Positions 1 through 8,860 of a stretch of DNA of 45,491 nucleotides are shown here, piece by piece. The stretch is from Escherichia phage fEg-Eco06, in the sequence record PQ141284.1; one strand, 5' to 3'. The notes below the pieces were generated by a model. The model was given only the letters and a program-made list of their open reading frames with translations. It was not told where the DNA came from and did not search any database. How positions within the stretch are numbered: the stretch's first letter is position 1; the number at the start of each line of letters is the position of its first letter. The translations under genes and the position numbers were made by a program.

Positions 1-125
1 CCAAACGCAACAATAGAAGAGACTATTGCAGGAGATACAACAATACAAACACCAATAAAATTCACTTGCACACTGAGATAGAATAGGCTACTATTCATTT
101 ACGCAAACGAGAGGAGAGACTGAAG

Positions 126-257
126 ATGAAAGATTATAGCGAAGTAACTTTGGGTGAGTTGCAGGACGAGTACGAAGATATGCTCTACCCGTTCATCTGC
201 GACGGAGATTACAACGGCGTTTATAACGGAGTGAGCGAAGAATATGAACAATAAAAA
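126..257 (+). CDS. hypothetical small protein (43 aa)
   Basis: ATG at 126 preceded by GAGGAGAG RBS; stop overlaps start of next gene at 244; below ORF-track length cutoff. Confidence 0.3.
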
Positions 258-867
258 CGAAGTATTCGAGTACCTGATTGACCAGTTACGGCAGCAGGTA
301 AATAAGAAAGATGTCACCTCTTTCAATGTGGCTGTGCGGGTATCCGACCTTGATGAGGTCAAGCAGGTAATTCACAACCTACAGCAGCATATATCGGGTA
401 AGGATGACGAAATACGAGCGTTGAAGGACAGTTTACGGCAGCAGGAGGATAGCAACCCATACAAGCAACAGTGCGAAGACCTGGCGCATGAGGTGCAGTC
501 ACTTAAGAATCAGTTACGTGACGCGTCGGAGCTGGTGGCTGAGTTACAGAGCGAGTTACAACATCAGATTGACCTGGCGGCAGGCGTGTATAGATGGTCT
601 ACCGCGCATTTCGACGAGAAAGGTAAAGTCTTCAAGGTCGAGAGTGGGGTTAAGACAGAGCAATCCGGTTGCCGGAAGGAAGATACCCAGGGATGCGAGC
701 ATGATTGGGTGCTAGATGAAAAAGGGGACTACTTCATTTGCGCTAAATGCGGTAAGCAAGAATCGGAATTGAGCGATTGCCAACACGCTAATACCGTCGG
801 TTTGCGCAAAGGCTTTGCGCCGGGTTTTACTAAAAAGTGTCTTGATTGCGGGGCTAAACTGAAATGA
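244..867 (+). CDS. hypothetical protein, coiled-coil N-terminus and Cys-rich zinc-ribbon-like C-terminus
   Basis: 207 aa ORF; heptad-like Q/L/E-rich segment; C-terminal CxxC...CxxC pairs (CAKCG, CLDCG). Confidence 0.55.
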   Translation: MNNKNEVFEYLIDQLRQQVNKKDVTSFNVAVRVSDLDEVKQVIHNLQQHISGKDDEIRALKDSLRQQEDSNPYKQQCEDLAHEVQSLKNQLRDASELVAELQSELQHQIDLAAGVYRWSTAHFDEKGKVFKVESGVKTEQSGCRKEDTQGCEHDWVLDEKGDYFICAKCGKQESELSDCQHANTVGLRKGFAPGFTKKCLDCGAKLK

Positions 868-1067
868 CCGGCATCTTATTTATCTGGGTACTGTCCGCAG
901 GCCAGATGCAACTAGCGGCATCAGAAACGTTTTACTCGATGGAGGCGTGCCAGTCAGCGGCACGCGCCGCTGAGAACGCGCACTTTCTGTTTCAGGGTGA
1001 CAAGCCCAACGATTCAGAGGTACGCGCTATCTGCTCACCTAAGCGACTTGGAAAACAGGAGAAGTGA
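864..1067 (+). CDS. hypothetical small protein with hydrophobic N-terminus
   Basis: 67 aa ORF; ATGA overlap with upstream gene; N-terminal hydrophobic stretch ILFIWVLSAG. Confidence 0.4.
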   Translation: MTGILFIWVLSAGQMQLAASETFYSMEACQSAARAAENAHFLFQGDKPNDSEVRAICSPKRLGKQEK

Positions 1068-1351
1068 TTGTGGTACAGAGATATGAGTTTAGAGCTGTGT
1101 GTGTTAACTCGTGCCACCCGTATCATGAGCTGGTTAAGAGTGACGAAGGCGACTGGATAAGTTACGAAGATTACAAGGAACTGGACGACAGTTTCCAGGA
1201 CTACATAACCACTACGGATATGGAAATAGAGGGGCTTGTGTCAAGACTGGCAGAAGTTGAAGCCGAGTTACAGAAATACAAGGACCAGTTCCCGGATTAC
1301 GTCGAGTGCGCGAACTGTGGGTCAGTTACACATGTGGGAGGGGTGGAGTGA
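1064..1351 (+). CDS. hypothetical protein (SYEDY motif, CxxC)
   Basis: 95 aa ORF, GTG start overlapping upstream stop; shares WISYEDYKEL motif with next gene; CANCG near C-terminus. Confidence 0.45.
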   Translation: MIVVQRYEFRAVCVNSCHPYHELVKSDEGDWISYEDYKELDDSFQDYITTTDMEIEGLVSRLAEVEAELQKYKDQFPDYVECANCGSVTHVGGVE

Positions 1352-1353
1352 TT

Positions 1354-1584
1354 ATGGTTATTCGTAAAGGCTTTTATGAAGATGGTAATTTCGATAGTAA
1401 AGTAAATGGGGAGTACGTAAGCTACGAAGACTACGCGAAACTAGAAGCCAAACTTCTGGAAATAAAAGCAGCAGCCAGTTGTCTTGTGCGAGAAGCGAGT
1501 AAGGTGTATAGCGATTATAGTGACGTTATAGCGCCTGAGTTTGTAGACCAGCAAACCATATACGAACTAGGTATTCTGCTATGA
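1354..1584 (+). CDS. hypothetical protein, paralog-like of preceding gene
   Basis: ATG at 1354 after GGGAGGGGTGGAG RBS; YVSYEDYAKLEAKL motif parallels upstream protein; track ORF 1306-1584 trimmed to the ATG. Confidence 0.45.
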   Translation: MVIRKGFYEDGNFDSKVNGEYVSYEDYAKLEAKLLEIKAAASCLVREASKVYSDYSDVIAPEFVDQQTIYELGILL

Positions 1585-1874
1585 GCCTCGCAACTGACAT
1601 CCTGAAACGAAGCGGCCTTGCGCCGCTGTCGCCGAGAGCGAACACCCGGATATACAAGCGTCGGGGCAACGCACTGTTCCCCGAGATTCAGGCCAGACGC
1701 AAAGCAGTCCGCGCCTGCGGATTCCAGAACGGGAAGGCTGTGAATCTCGGTGAGTTTAAAACAAAGGAACGTGCGGCTATCGCTAATCGGTTATTTAATT
1801 ACTGGAAATCGCTGGGTTATGAAGATATTCCGACGAAACCACAGAGACGACAATACATCTGGCGTCATAAATAA
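1581..1874 (+). CDS. hypothetical basic protein
   Basis: 97 aa ORF with ATGA overlap to upstream gene; Arg/Lys-rich. Confidence 0.5.
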   Translation: MSLATDILKRSGLAPLSPRANTRIYKRRGNALFPEIQARRKAVRACGFQNGKAVNLGEFKTKERAAIANRLFNYWKSLGYEDIPTKPQRRQYIWRHK

Positions 1875-1904
1875 ACCGTTATTAAGATAATTCCTAACCG
1901 TGCT

Positions 1905-1944
1905 ATCCTCCAGTTACTGCATACTTAATACGCACCTGGAGGAT
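1905..1944 (+). promoter_or_regulatory. stem-loop sequestering the holin RBS
   Basis: 9-bp inverted repeat ATCCTCCAG (1905-1913) / CTGGAGGAT (1936-1944); GGAGGA RBS of the 1950 gene lies in the 3' arm. Confidence 0.35.
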
Positions 1945-1949
1945 TCATC

Positions 1950-2258
1950 TTGGATAAATTTACTGAAACAGTGACAGGCTGGCTTCTCGCTGCCGCGCTA
2001 GCCGGAGGGGTAATCGGACTACGACAACATAAGTCCGTTATTTCTGGCCCCATCGACGGCTTCTGCTTTATTGCAACTGGCTTCACTTGCGCCGTATTCG
2101 GTGCACCTCTCGCGGCTCAATGGTTCGGTATTACCGGAGAGCGCGAGATAGCTGGCCTCGGATTCATCATCGCAATTCTCTGGATGCCCATCTATTCCCG
2201 TCTCTCCGGTATCGTCGCCGGAGAATACATCGCACGTCGAGGAGGCACAGATGAATGA
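1950..2258 (+). CDS. holin-like membrane protein
   Basis: 102 aa, TTG start 6 nt after GGAGGA; about three hydrophobic helices; immediately upstream of endolysin. Confidence 0.55.
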   Translation: MDKFTETVTGWLLAAALAGGVIGLRQHKSVISGPIDGFCFIATGFTCAVFGAPLAAQWFGITGEREIAGLGFIIAILWMPIYSRLSGIVAGEYIARRGGTDE

Positions 2259-2523
2259 ATTATTCTGGTTCGGCGGTATGCTGGCAATCGGAGGCACATC
2301 GCTGTTTAATGTATATCACCCCAGCGTGGATGACGGATTATTTGGCCGTGTGCTTTATATTCTGACTGCTATTGTCTGCGCCGCCGGATGTATCCACCTG
2401 TTACAGGGCAGCATGTCGCCAACGCTGCCTGAGACATTAATCACATTAGTCGCGCTTCGCCAGATTCGCCAGGCGTGGCTGTCGTATGGAGGACATAAGC
2501 GTGTCTCGAAACATTTCAGATAA
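2251..2523 (+). CDS. small membrane protein (second holin or antiholin-like)
   Basis: 90 aa, two hydrophobic segments, overlaps holin stop and endolysin start. Confidence 0.45.
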   Translation: MNELFWFGGMLAIGGTSLFNVYHPSVDDGLFGRVLYILTAIVCAAGCIHLLQGSMSPTLPETLITLVALRQIRQAWLSYGGHKRVSKHFR

Positions 2524-2986
2524 TGGGTTGCATTTCACCGCTGCGTTTGAGGGGTTCCGAGGTACTGCGTATCGTGCTACGCCGAACGAGAAGTACCTGA
2601 CTATCGGCTACGGTCACTACGGGCCAGACGTAACACCAGGTAAGACCATCACCCCGGGGCAAGGACTCCTGTTACTGAATCGCGACATGGCTAAGGCCGT
2701 AGCTGCGGTTGACGCAGCAGCACACCATTCATTAACACAGGCTCAGTTCGATGCGGTGTGTGACCTGGTATATAACGCTGGCGCCGGCGTGATTGCGGCT
2801 GCTACTGGTACAGGTAAGGCACTGCGTTCTGGTGATATCGAGACGCTGCGGGCTAAGCTGGCGCTGTTCATCAACCAGAACGGCAGACCACTACTCGGCC
2901 TGCGTCGCCGTACAGCAGGTCGCCTGGCGCTGTTCGACGGTAAACCGTGGCAAGAGGCTGAGGCTATTGGGAGAGCCGTTAAATGA
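2486..2986 (+). CDS. endolysin, GH24-type lysozyme
   Basis: 166 aa; FEGFRGTAYR...TIGYGH lysozyme-like N-terminal motif; start ambiguous (ATG 2486 or GTG 2501). Confidence 0.8.
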   Translation: MEDISVSRNISDNGLHFTAAFEGFRGTAYRATPNEKYLTIGYGHYGPDVTPGKTITPGQGLLLLNRDMAKAVAAVDAAAHHSLTQAQFDAVCDLVYNAGAGVIAAATGTGKALRSGDIETLRAKLALFINQNGRPLLGLRRRTAGRLALFDGKPWQEAEAIGRAVK

Positions 2987-3113
2987 TGGACGAATACGAA
3001 GGCATTTAGTAAAATTACTTCCACGCTGCTTGTGCTTGCATACTAAGCCCTGGTAAACCTGAAGCAGCAGCCCAAGCGGTGGAGACTGCGTAGGGTTCAG
3101 GGGCTTATGACCG

Positions 3114-3145
3114 AAACCCGGACCGCGAATCCGGGTTTTATTTTA
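3114..3145 (+). terminator. intrinsic terminator
   Basis: AAACCCGGA / TCCGGGTTT 9-bp stem, 7-nt loop, followed by TATTTTA. Confidence 0.6.
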
Positions 3146-3217
3146 CCAATTGACACCTAAGACTAATCCGACGATACTTAAATCACCTCCTGCTCCATCC
3201 CTCTGCTCTCCAGTTTT

Positions 3218-3250
3218 ATCCCGGCCCTGACCCAGCCGGGATTTTTTTTT
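3218..3250 (+). terminator. intrinsic terminator
   Basis: ATCCCGGC / GCCGGGAT stem, 9-nt loop, followed by T9 run. Confidence 0.7.
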
Positions 3251-3272
3251 ATCTATTTTCGGTAATGACTAG

Positions 3273-3301
3273 TTGACTATTACCCTCGACCCTATTATAT
3301 T
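3273..3301 (+). promoter_or_regulatory. sigma70-like promoter
   Basis: TTGACT (3273-3278), 17-bp spacer ending CCCTAT, TATATT (3296-3301); 34 nt upstream of the 3335 gene. Confidence 0.55.
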
Positions 3302-3334
3302 TACTCCATCGACAACGAGAACGGAGTAGAGAAG

Positions 3335-3532
3335 ATGAGTAACGTACCGACAATCGCAATAACCGAGGAACTTGAAGCCAAATGTATCGCATCAGTTATA
3401 GGGAATGGTTCGGTGGAAAAACTACAGATGAGGGCCGCTGCGGGCTACATACGCAGGGCTAATAGTGCGATGAATGATTCCTTACGTAAACGTTACCTCA
3501 TGAAAGCGTTAGAAATTCTGGAGAATAAGTAA
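3335..3532 (+). CDS. hypothetical protein
   Basis: 65 aa ORF after promoter; GGAGTAGAGAAG RBS region. Confidence 0.5.
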   Translation: MSNVPTIAITEELEAKCIASVIGNGSVEKLQMRAAAGYIRRANSAMNDSLRKRYLMKALEILENK

Positions 3533-3681
3533 TGAAAATCACAGATATTGAGGCATTCAAAGACGCACAACTGATGGCACGTATCGCCGTTAGTAACCTT
3601 AGCAACAGCATCCCGGCAGACGCGTTCTGGTTCGCTGCGATGCAGACACTTAAAGCAGCATATGCAGGAGAGAAGAAATGA
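3532..3681 (+). CDS. hypothetical small protein (49 aa)
   Basis: ATG overlapping upstream TAA; GGAG 8 nt upstream; fills gap between tracked ORFs; below track cutoff. Confidence 0.4.
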   Translation: MKITDIEAFKDAQLMARIAVSNLSNSIPADAFWFAAMQTLKAAYAGEKK

Positions 3682-3875
3682 AAGTCAAAGCAGCTAAAAT
3701 TCTCTGGTTACCCGCCCTTGACTATGTGACAGAGGGTAAAGTGTATGACGTATACAACCCGAAAACTACTGGTTTTGGTTATATAGTTGCCGATGACGGC
3801 TGTGATATTTACATAGACTTTGGTAGCGATGAAGGTGATGGTTTCCACGGCGTTAAATGGGAGATTGTCGAATGA
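3678..3875 (+). CDS. hypothetical protein
   Basis: 65 aa ORF, ATGA-coupled to upstream. Confidence 0.5.
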   Translation: MKVKAAKILWLPALDYVTEGKVYDVYNPKTTGFGYIVADDGCDIYIDFGSDEGDGFHGVKWEIVE

Positions 3876-4030
3876 GCGAACAAACACCAATCAGCCAACC
3901 GTTACGAGTAGGCCGTAAAGTCAGTCACATCCCGTTCCCGACACGTGAAGAACTGATGAAACGTAACAGTTTCCCGGGGCCGGACAAGAACAAGTATCTC
4001 AATCGCATGTGGGGAGAGCGTAAAGAATGA
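3872..4030 (+). CDS. hypothetical small protein (52 aa)
   Basis: ATGA overlap at both ends with flanking genes; below track cutoff; antisense track ORF 3925-4218 judged spurious. Confidence 0.4.
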   Translation: MSEQTPISQPLRVGRKVSHIPFPTREELMKRNSFPGPDKNKYLNRMWGERKE

Positions 4031-4212
4031 CTGACCGCGAATATGAAAAGATGATGGTTGAGGCCGTTAACAGCGGCGTAGACATCGGACACGTGATGCG
4101 CGTCCTGAATACTAAAATCGCGGTAGCCGAGCAAATGGTCGAGTCGCTTTACGAGACGCGCCGTGAACTGATTAACCGCTTCAACCTGAACAAAGGTGAC
4201 ACCAATGCCTAA
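4027..4212 (+). CDS. hypothetical protein
   Basis: 61 aa ORF, coupled start. Confidence 0.5.
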   Translation: MTDREYEKMMVEAVNSGVDIGHVMRVLNTKIAVAEQMVESLYETRRELINRFNLNKGDTNA

Positions 4213-4492
4213 AATCACAATCGCATCTCTCGAGCGCCGTATTCTGGTGCTTGAGTCGGAGAAACAGACGTTAGGCGGGCAACTGTCGATTAACGGTGAG
4301 TTTCAGCTGGAGGCGTTCCGTATACTCCTCGGCGTTATGAAGCAGGAACCCAGCGCATACGCAGGAGTGTTCCTTGACGAGGAAGGTTCGCAGACACTAA
4401 GTTACTACGCTACCGAAGAAGAATTAGCGTTCGACGGCCCCGCGGTATCTATCCCGCTGTTCGATAACTGGATGGTGTACGACTATGACTAA
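4196..4492 (+). CDS. hypothetical protein
   Basis: 98 aa ORF overlapping neighbours. Confidence 0.5.
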   Translation: MTPMPKITIASLERRILVLESEKQTLGGQLSINGEFQLEAFRILLGVMKQEPSAYAGVFLDEEGSQTLSYYATEEELAFDGPAVSIPLFDNWMVYDYD

Positions 4493-4670
4493 AGCGCCTG
4501 AACCAGTAGTTATCGATGGCGTCCTGTGGAAGCCATACTCGGTTTACCACATCGACGCCGACGGGAAGAAGTTTAGCTTCTACATTTTTGCAATTAGCCG
4601 TGAGCACGCCGCTTGTGTGGTTGACGATATTCGAGAAACGGCGTGGCTTGGTGATGAGATAGCGGGGTGA
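4485..4670 (+). CDS. hypothetical protein
   Basis: 61 aa ORF. Confidence 0.5.
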   Translation: MTKAPEPVVIDGVLWKPYSVYHIDADGKKFSFYIFAISREHAACVVDDIRETAWLGDEIAG

Positions 4671-4757
4671 GAGTATGAGTCTCGAGGTGGTTATCGGTCT
4701 GGTGGGTCTTAGTTACTTCATTGGGCTGTTGGTTGGGTTTCTGTGGGGTAAATACTA

Positions 4758-4928
4758 ATGTTCAGTGACATTAACGCGGCAATCGAAGAAGCAATCTGGC
4801 GTCGCTACAACGGCGAGCAACAACGGCATTTCTGCCTGGTGCAACGCGGTAACATGATTGCCGTAGTGCAGGACCGCGATAACAAATATCCGAATGCGAT
4901 GTGGACAACGAGGAATTTTTTAGGATGA
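4758..4928 (+). CDS. hypothetical small protein (56 aa)
   Basis: ATG at 4758; stop overlaps ATG at 4925 in ATGA arrangement; below track cutoff. Confidence 0.35.
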   Translation: MFSDINAAIEEAIWRRYNGEQQRHFCLVQRGNMIAVVQDRDNKYPNAMWTTRNFLG

Positions 4929-5161
4929 TTACCAGCATTCCGAACCTGATTAAAGAATTCGGCACGATGGCCGAGACGTGCCGGCAAACCGGCATCAACG
5001 AAATGACGATTGCGAAGTACAGCAAAGACGTTGATTGCGAGCGCCACGTAATTTATAACAATCGTCTGATGACACATGTTAAGACAAGCCCGGTGTTATT
5101 CACGCGCCGAGGTATCACTAAAACTGAGCAACGCATTGCTAAAGGGGAGAGTGGGGAATGA
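4925..5161 (+). CDS. hypothetical protein, possible HTH
   Basis: track ORF 4901-5161 trimmed to ATG 4925 coupled to upstream stop; helix-turn-helix-like segment ETCRQTGINEMTIAKYS. Confidence 0.45.
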   Translation: MITSIPNLIKEFGTMAETCRQTGINEMTIAKYSKDVDCERHVIYNNRLMTHVKTSPVLFTRRGITKTEQRIAKGESGE

Positions 5162-5349
5162 TTGAGATTTTGAGGGCTACGAATGTTGCTGGTGACCTGG
5201 TGTTTTGGCTGGCCTTTCTCGGTGTGCTGATAAAACAACCGACTCTGTTTAACAGTCTCCCTCGTTACCTGTGGTGGCCTATGTTTTTAGGCATGGGTGT
5301 ATCAGGCGTGGCAGGCATCCTTTTGTGGTTTTTCAAATGGGACTACTAA
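5158..5349 (+). CDS. small membrane protein
   Basis: 63 aa, two hydrophobic helices, ATGA-coupled. Confidence 0.5.
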   Translation: MIEILRATNVAGDLVFWLAFLGVLIKQPTLFNSLPRYLWWPMFLGMGVSGVAGILLWFFKWDY

Positions 5350-5442
5350 TCATCCCTAACGCCTGGGCCATTCCCGTAGCCAACGACCATTACGGCGGCG
5401 ACGGTAAAAGAGCGCAACGACACGGCCTATACAACTGATACA

Positions 5443-5467
5443 AGCCCTCTACGGAGGGCTTTTCTGT
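5443..5467 (+). terminator. intrinsic terminator
   Basis: AGCCCTC / GAGGGCT stem with TACG loop followed by TTTCTGT. Confidence 0.55.
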
Positions 5468-5559
5468 ACATCCCGCCCAATCCCCTTATATAATCTATTT
5501 AGACGCGTAGGGCGCGTCTGGTGCGCTCTGATGGTCAGACGCATATGCAAGGGGATTCT

Positions 5560-6069
5560 ATGAAGCTGAAACTTAAGCAGCCATCACCAGAGGTGGTGCA
5601 AGCTGCACATGAAGAAGCTGTTAGCGCAAACCGTCGCCGTAAACGACCGCGCGGTAAACAGAGCCTTTATCAATCATCCCGTAATTCCGCTGCGCTGTGG
5701 GACCCGGACTATTGCGACGAATTGATTCGTTTCTTTGACCGCACGTCGTGGGAGCTTGTGCCAACGTCTAAGGGTGATGAACGCCCACTGATTCAGGATA
5801 AGCCGCCGTCACTGGCCCGCTTCGCCTTACACATCGGCGTAACTATCCCGATAATTAAGCTGTGGCTGCGCGAGATTCCCGCATTTGCAGAAGCCTGGGA
5901 GACAGCACAGGCGCTGGAAGAGGCATACTTCACTGAAACGGGGGCCGCGGGCATCTCTGCTACGTTTGCTGCCGCGAAACTGGGCCTGAATAAAACAGTT
6001 GTCGCCGAAGAAGTACGCGACGAGCCAATCAGCGAAGTAACAATTAAGGTGGTGCCCGGTGAACGTTAA
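5560..6069 (+). CDS. terS: terminase small subunit (putative)
   Basis: directly upstream of and overlapping the large terminase; HTH-like PSLARFALHIGVTIPIIKLW segment; ATG 5560 chosen inside track ORF 5521-6069. Confidence 0.55.
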   Translation: MKLKLKQPSPEVVQAAHEEAVSANRRRKRPRGKQSLYQSSRNSAALWDPDYCDELIRFFDRTSWELVPTSKGDERPLIQDKPPSLARFALHIGVTIPIIKLWLREIPAFAEAWETAQALEEAYFTETGAAGISATFAAAKLGLNKTVVAEEVRDEPISEVTIKVVPGER

Positions 6070-7330
6070 TATCACGGCAACGGAGCCGCAAGGCGCGTTT
6101 CTCGGTATGCATTGCAAGTTTCCGGCATTCGTAGCTGGCTTCGGTACGGGTAAATCCGAAGTTATGTGCAACTCTGCACTACTCGACAGCATGGAAGGTG
6201 GTAGCGATTCTATCATCGCCATGTATGAGCCGACCTATGACCTGGTGCGCCTCATCCTTGCACCGCGTATGGAAGAAAAGCTCACCGACTGGGGTATCCG
6301 GTACAAATACAACAAGTCTGACAACATAATCTATACGTCTTCCGGACAATTTGGGGATTTTGTTCTGCGTACACTTGATAATCCAGCAAGAATCGTTGGC
6401 TACGAATCGTTTCGTGCGAAAATCGACGAGTTGGACACCCTTAACATGGAGCACGCCGAGCACGCGTGGAACAAAGTCATCGCCCGTAACCGCCAGTTGC
6501 CGCGGACATATAAACCTATTACACCGAAACCTGCTAATACCGTTTCCGTGTTCACTACCCCGGAAGGATTCCGTTTCGTACATGACCGCTGGGTAGTCAA
6601 AAAGAATCCAGGCTACGAGATGATTCAGGCGTCCACCCTGTCTAACCCGTTCCTGCCAGAAGATTATGTGCAGTCGTTACGCGACACATACCCAGGTCAG
6701 TTGATTGACGCCTACATCGACGGCAAGTTCGTAAACCTCACGTCCGGAACGGTATACTATGCTTACGACCGCAGGAAAAACAGCAGTCGCGAAACAATCA
6801 ATCCCGGCGAGACTCTGTATATTGGGCAGGACTTTAACGTAGGTCACATGGCGAGCACGGTTTACGTGCAACGCGGTAAGGTCTGGCACGCTGTTGCCGA
6901 GTTGGTTGATATGTTCGATACGCCTGACGTAGTGCGGGCCATAACTGAGCGATGGAAAAGTAAGGGCCACTATATCGTTATGTACCCGGACGCCAGCGGC
7001 AAAAACCGTAAAAGCAACAACGCCAGTACCTCAGACATCGCTCAGTTACAGCAGGCCGGTTTCGAAGTACGCGCCAAATCAACAAACCCGCCGGTTAAAG
7101 ACCGCGTATCAGCAATGAACAAGGCGCTTGAATCTGGTATGGTCATGATTAATGAGCAGGCATGCCCGGTTACGGCGCGATGCCTTGAGCAACAGGCTTA
7201 CGACAAGAACGGCGAACCGGATAAATCGGGTGGTGTGGACCACCAGAACGACGGGACCACATATCCTATCGCGTATGAAATGCCGATTCGCAAACCAGTT
7301 ATTAATGTCCCGGTGACTTTCGCACTTTAA
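6059..7330 (+). CDS. terL: terminase large subunit
   Basis: 423 aa; Walker A-like AGFGTGKS near N-terminus; position upstream of portal; start ambiguous (GTG 6059 or ATG 6107). Confidence 0.75.
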   Translation: MNVNITATEPQGAFLGMHCKFPAFVAGFGTGKSEVMCNSALLDSMEGGSDSIIAMYEPTYDLVRLILAPRMEEKLTDWGIRYKYNKSDNIIYTSSGQFGDFVLRTLDNPARIVGYESFRAKIDELDTLNMEHAEHAWNKVIARNRQLPRTYKPITPKPANTVSVFTTPEGFRFVHDRWVVKKNPGYEMIQASTLSNPFLPEDYVQSLRDTYPGQLIDAYIDGKFVNLTSGTVYYAYDRRKNSSRETINPGETLYIGQDFNVGHMASTVYVQRGKVWHAVAELVDMFDTPDVVRAITERWKSKGHYIVMYPDASGKNRKSNNASTSDIAQLQQAGFEVRAKSTNPPVKDRVSAMNKALESGMVMINEQACPVTARCLEQQAYDKNGEPDKSGGVDHQNDGTTYPIAYEMPIRKPVINVPVTFAL

Positions 7331-7342
7331 GAGGATTATTCA

Positions 7343-8824
7343 ATGTTAACTATGAACGGTCATAATCAGGGTGTTAAGACAAAACACCGGGAATGGCTGC
7401 AGCACTTCAATAAATGGCAGAAGGTTCGCCATGCGCTGGAAGGCGACCTTATTCGCTATCTGCGCAACGTTGGGAAGAATGAGCCGGACCCGACCTACGC
7501 GGCACAGCGCCAGGAAGAATACGAGAACGGCGCTATCTGTTACAACTTCACCAAGAGAACGCTGGCGGGGATGGTCGGCAGTGTCATGCGCAAAGACCCT
7601 GAGCAAATTATCCCGCATGAACTGGAATACCTGTTGCACAACGCTGACGGTTCAGGCGTCTGGCTGTGGCAGCACGCGCAGGATACGTTAATGGAGATTA
7701 ACTCGATAGGACGTGGTGGGTTGCTGGTTGACGCCCCGGAGACTGCTGCCGCAACGGCAGCTGAACAGAACGCAGGGTTATTAAACCCGGTCATCGCATT
7801 CTACACCGCAGAGAACATCATCAACTGGCGACTGACCCGCGTCGGTTCTGTTAACCGTGTGACAATGGTCGTGTTGCGTGAAGTGTGGGAATACTCAGAA
7901 CCTGGAGCAGAGTTCGAAACTAAGTTCGGTGAACAGTACCGCGTCCTTGACCTGATTGATGGTCGCTACCGCCAGCGCATTTACCGTTTCGACGCCGAGG
8001 GCGGCGCTCAGGGCGAAGTAATCGAAATCTTCCCGGAACTCGGCGAACAGTTACGCGGCAAAATCCCGTTCACGTTCATTGGTGCAAGCAACAACGATGC
8101 AACCATTGACGATGCACCTTTGCTGCCGTTGGCTGAGCTTAATATTGGGCATTTCCGCAACAGTGCAGACAATGAGGAGTCCAGCTTCGTCGTAGGCCAG
8201 CCTACTCTGTTCATCGCCCCCGGTGAGAACATGAGCATGGAACAATGGAAAGAAGCCAACCCGCACGGAGTGCGTATGGGGTCACGTTCTGGCCATAACA
8301 TCGGTTACGGCGGCAATGCGTTTCTGGTCCAGGCCGGTGAGAACAACCTAGCCAAGCAGAACATGCTGGATAAAGAGAATCAGGCCATCCAGATTGGTGC
8401 GCAGCTTATCACCCCTACCCAGCAAATCACCGCTGAATCAGCCCGCCTGCAACGTGGTGCCGACACGTCCGTTATGGCGACAATTGCACGTAACGTAAGC
8501 ATGGCGTATACCGATGCGCTAAAGTGGGTTGCGGGTATGCTTGGGCTTAGTGACGGCACTGAAATTGAGTTCAAACTGAACATGGAGTTCTTCCTGCAAC
8601 CAATGACCGCCCAGGACCGCGCTCAGTGGATGGCGGATATTAACGCGGGCCTGTTACCGGCTACCGCTTACTATGCCGCGTTGCGTAAGGCGGGGGTAAC
8701 TGACTGGACAGACGAGGACATTCAGAACGCTATCGAGGATGCGCCGCTGCCGTTAGGTGCTGTTACTCAGGTGGCGGGGGAGATTCCGCAGTCGGCGCAG
8801 CAACAGGACACCACTCAGCCGTAA
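7343..8824 (+). CDS. portal protein (putative)
   Basis: 493 aa ORF between terminase and head morphogenesis gene; AAGAGGA RBS. Confidence 0.6.
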   Translation: MLTMNGHNQGVKTKHREWLQHFNKWQKVRHALEGDLIRYLRNVGKNEPDPTYAAQRQEEYENGAICYNFTKRTLAGMVGSVMRKDPEQIIPHELEYLLHNADGSGVWLWQHAQDTLMEINSIGRGGLLVDAPETAAATAAEQNAGLLNPVIAFYTAENIINWRLTRVGSVNRVTMVVLREVWEYSEPGAEFETKFGEQYRVLDLIDGRYRQRIYRFDAEGGAQGEVIEIFPELGEQLRGKIPFTFIGASNNDATIDDAPLLPLAELNIGHFRNSADNEESSFVVGQPTLFIAPGENMSMEQWKEANPHGVRMGSRSGHNIGYGGNAFLVQAGENNLAKQNMLDKENQAIQIGAQLITPTQQITAESARLQRGADTSVMATIARNVSMAYTDALKWVAGMLGLSDGTEIEFKLNMEFFLQPMTAQDRAQWMADINAGLLPATAYYAALRKAGVTDWTDEDIQNAIEDAPLPLGAVTQVAGEIPQSAQQQDTTQP

Positions 8825-8860
8825 GTTCACATATAGCCCCGAAAGGGGCTTTCTTATAGT

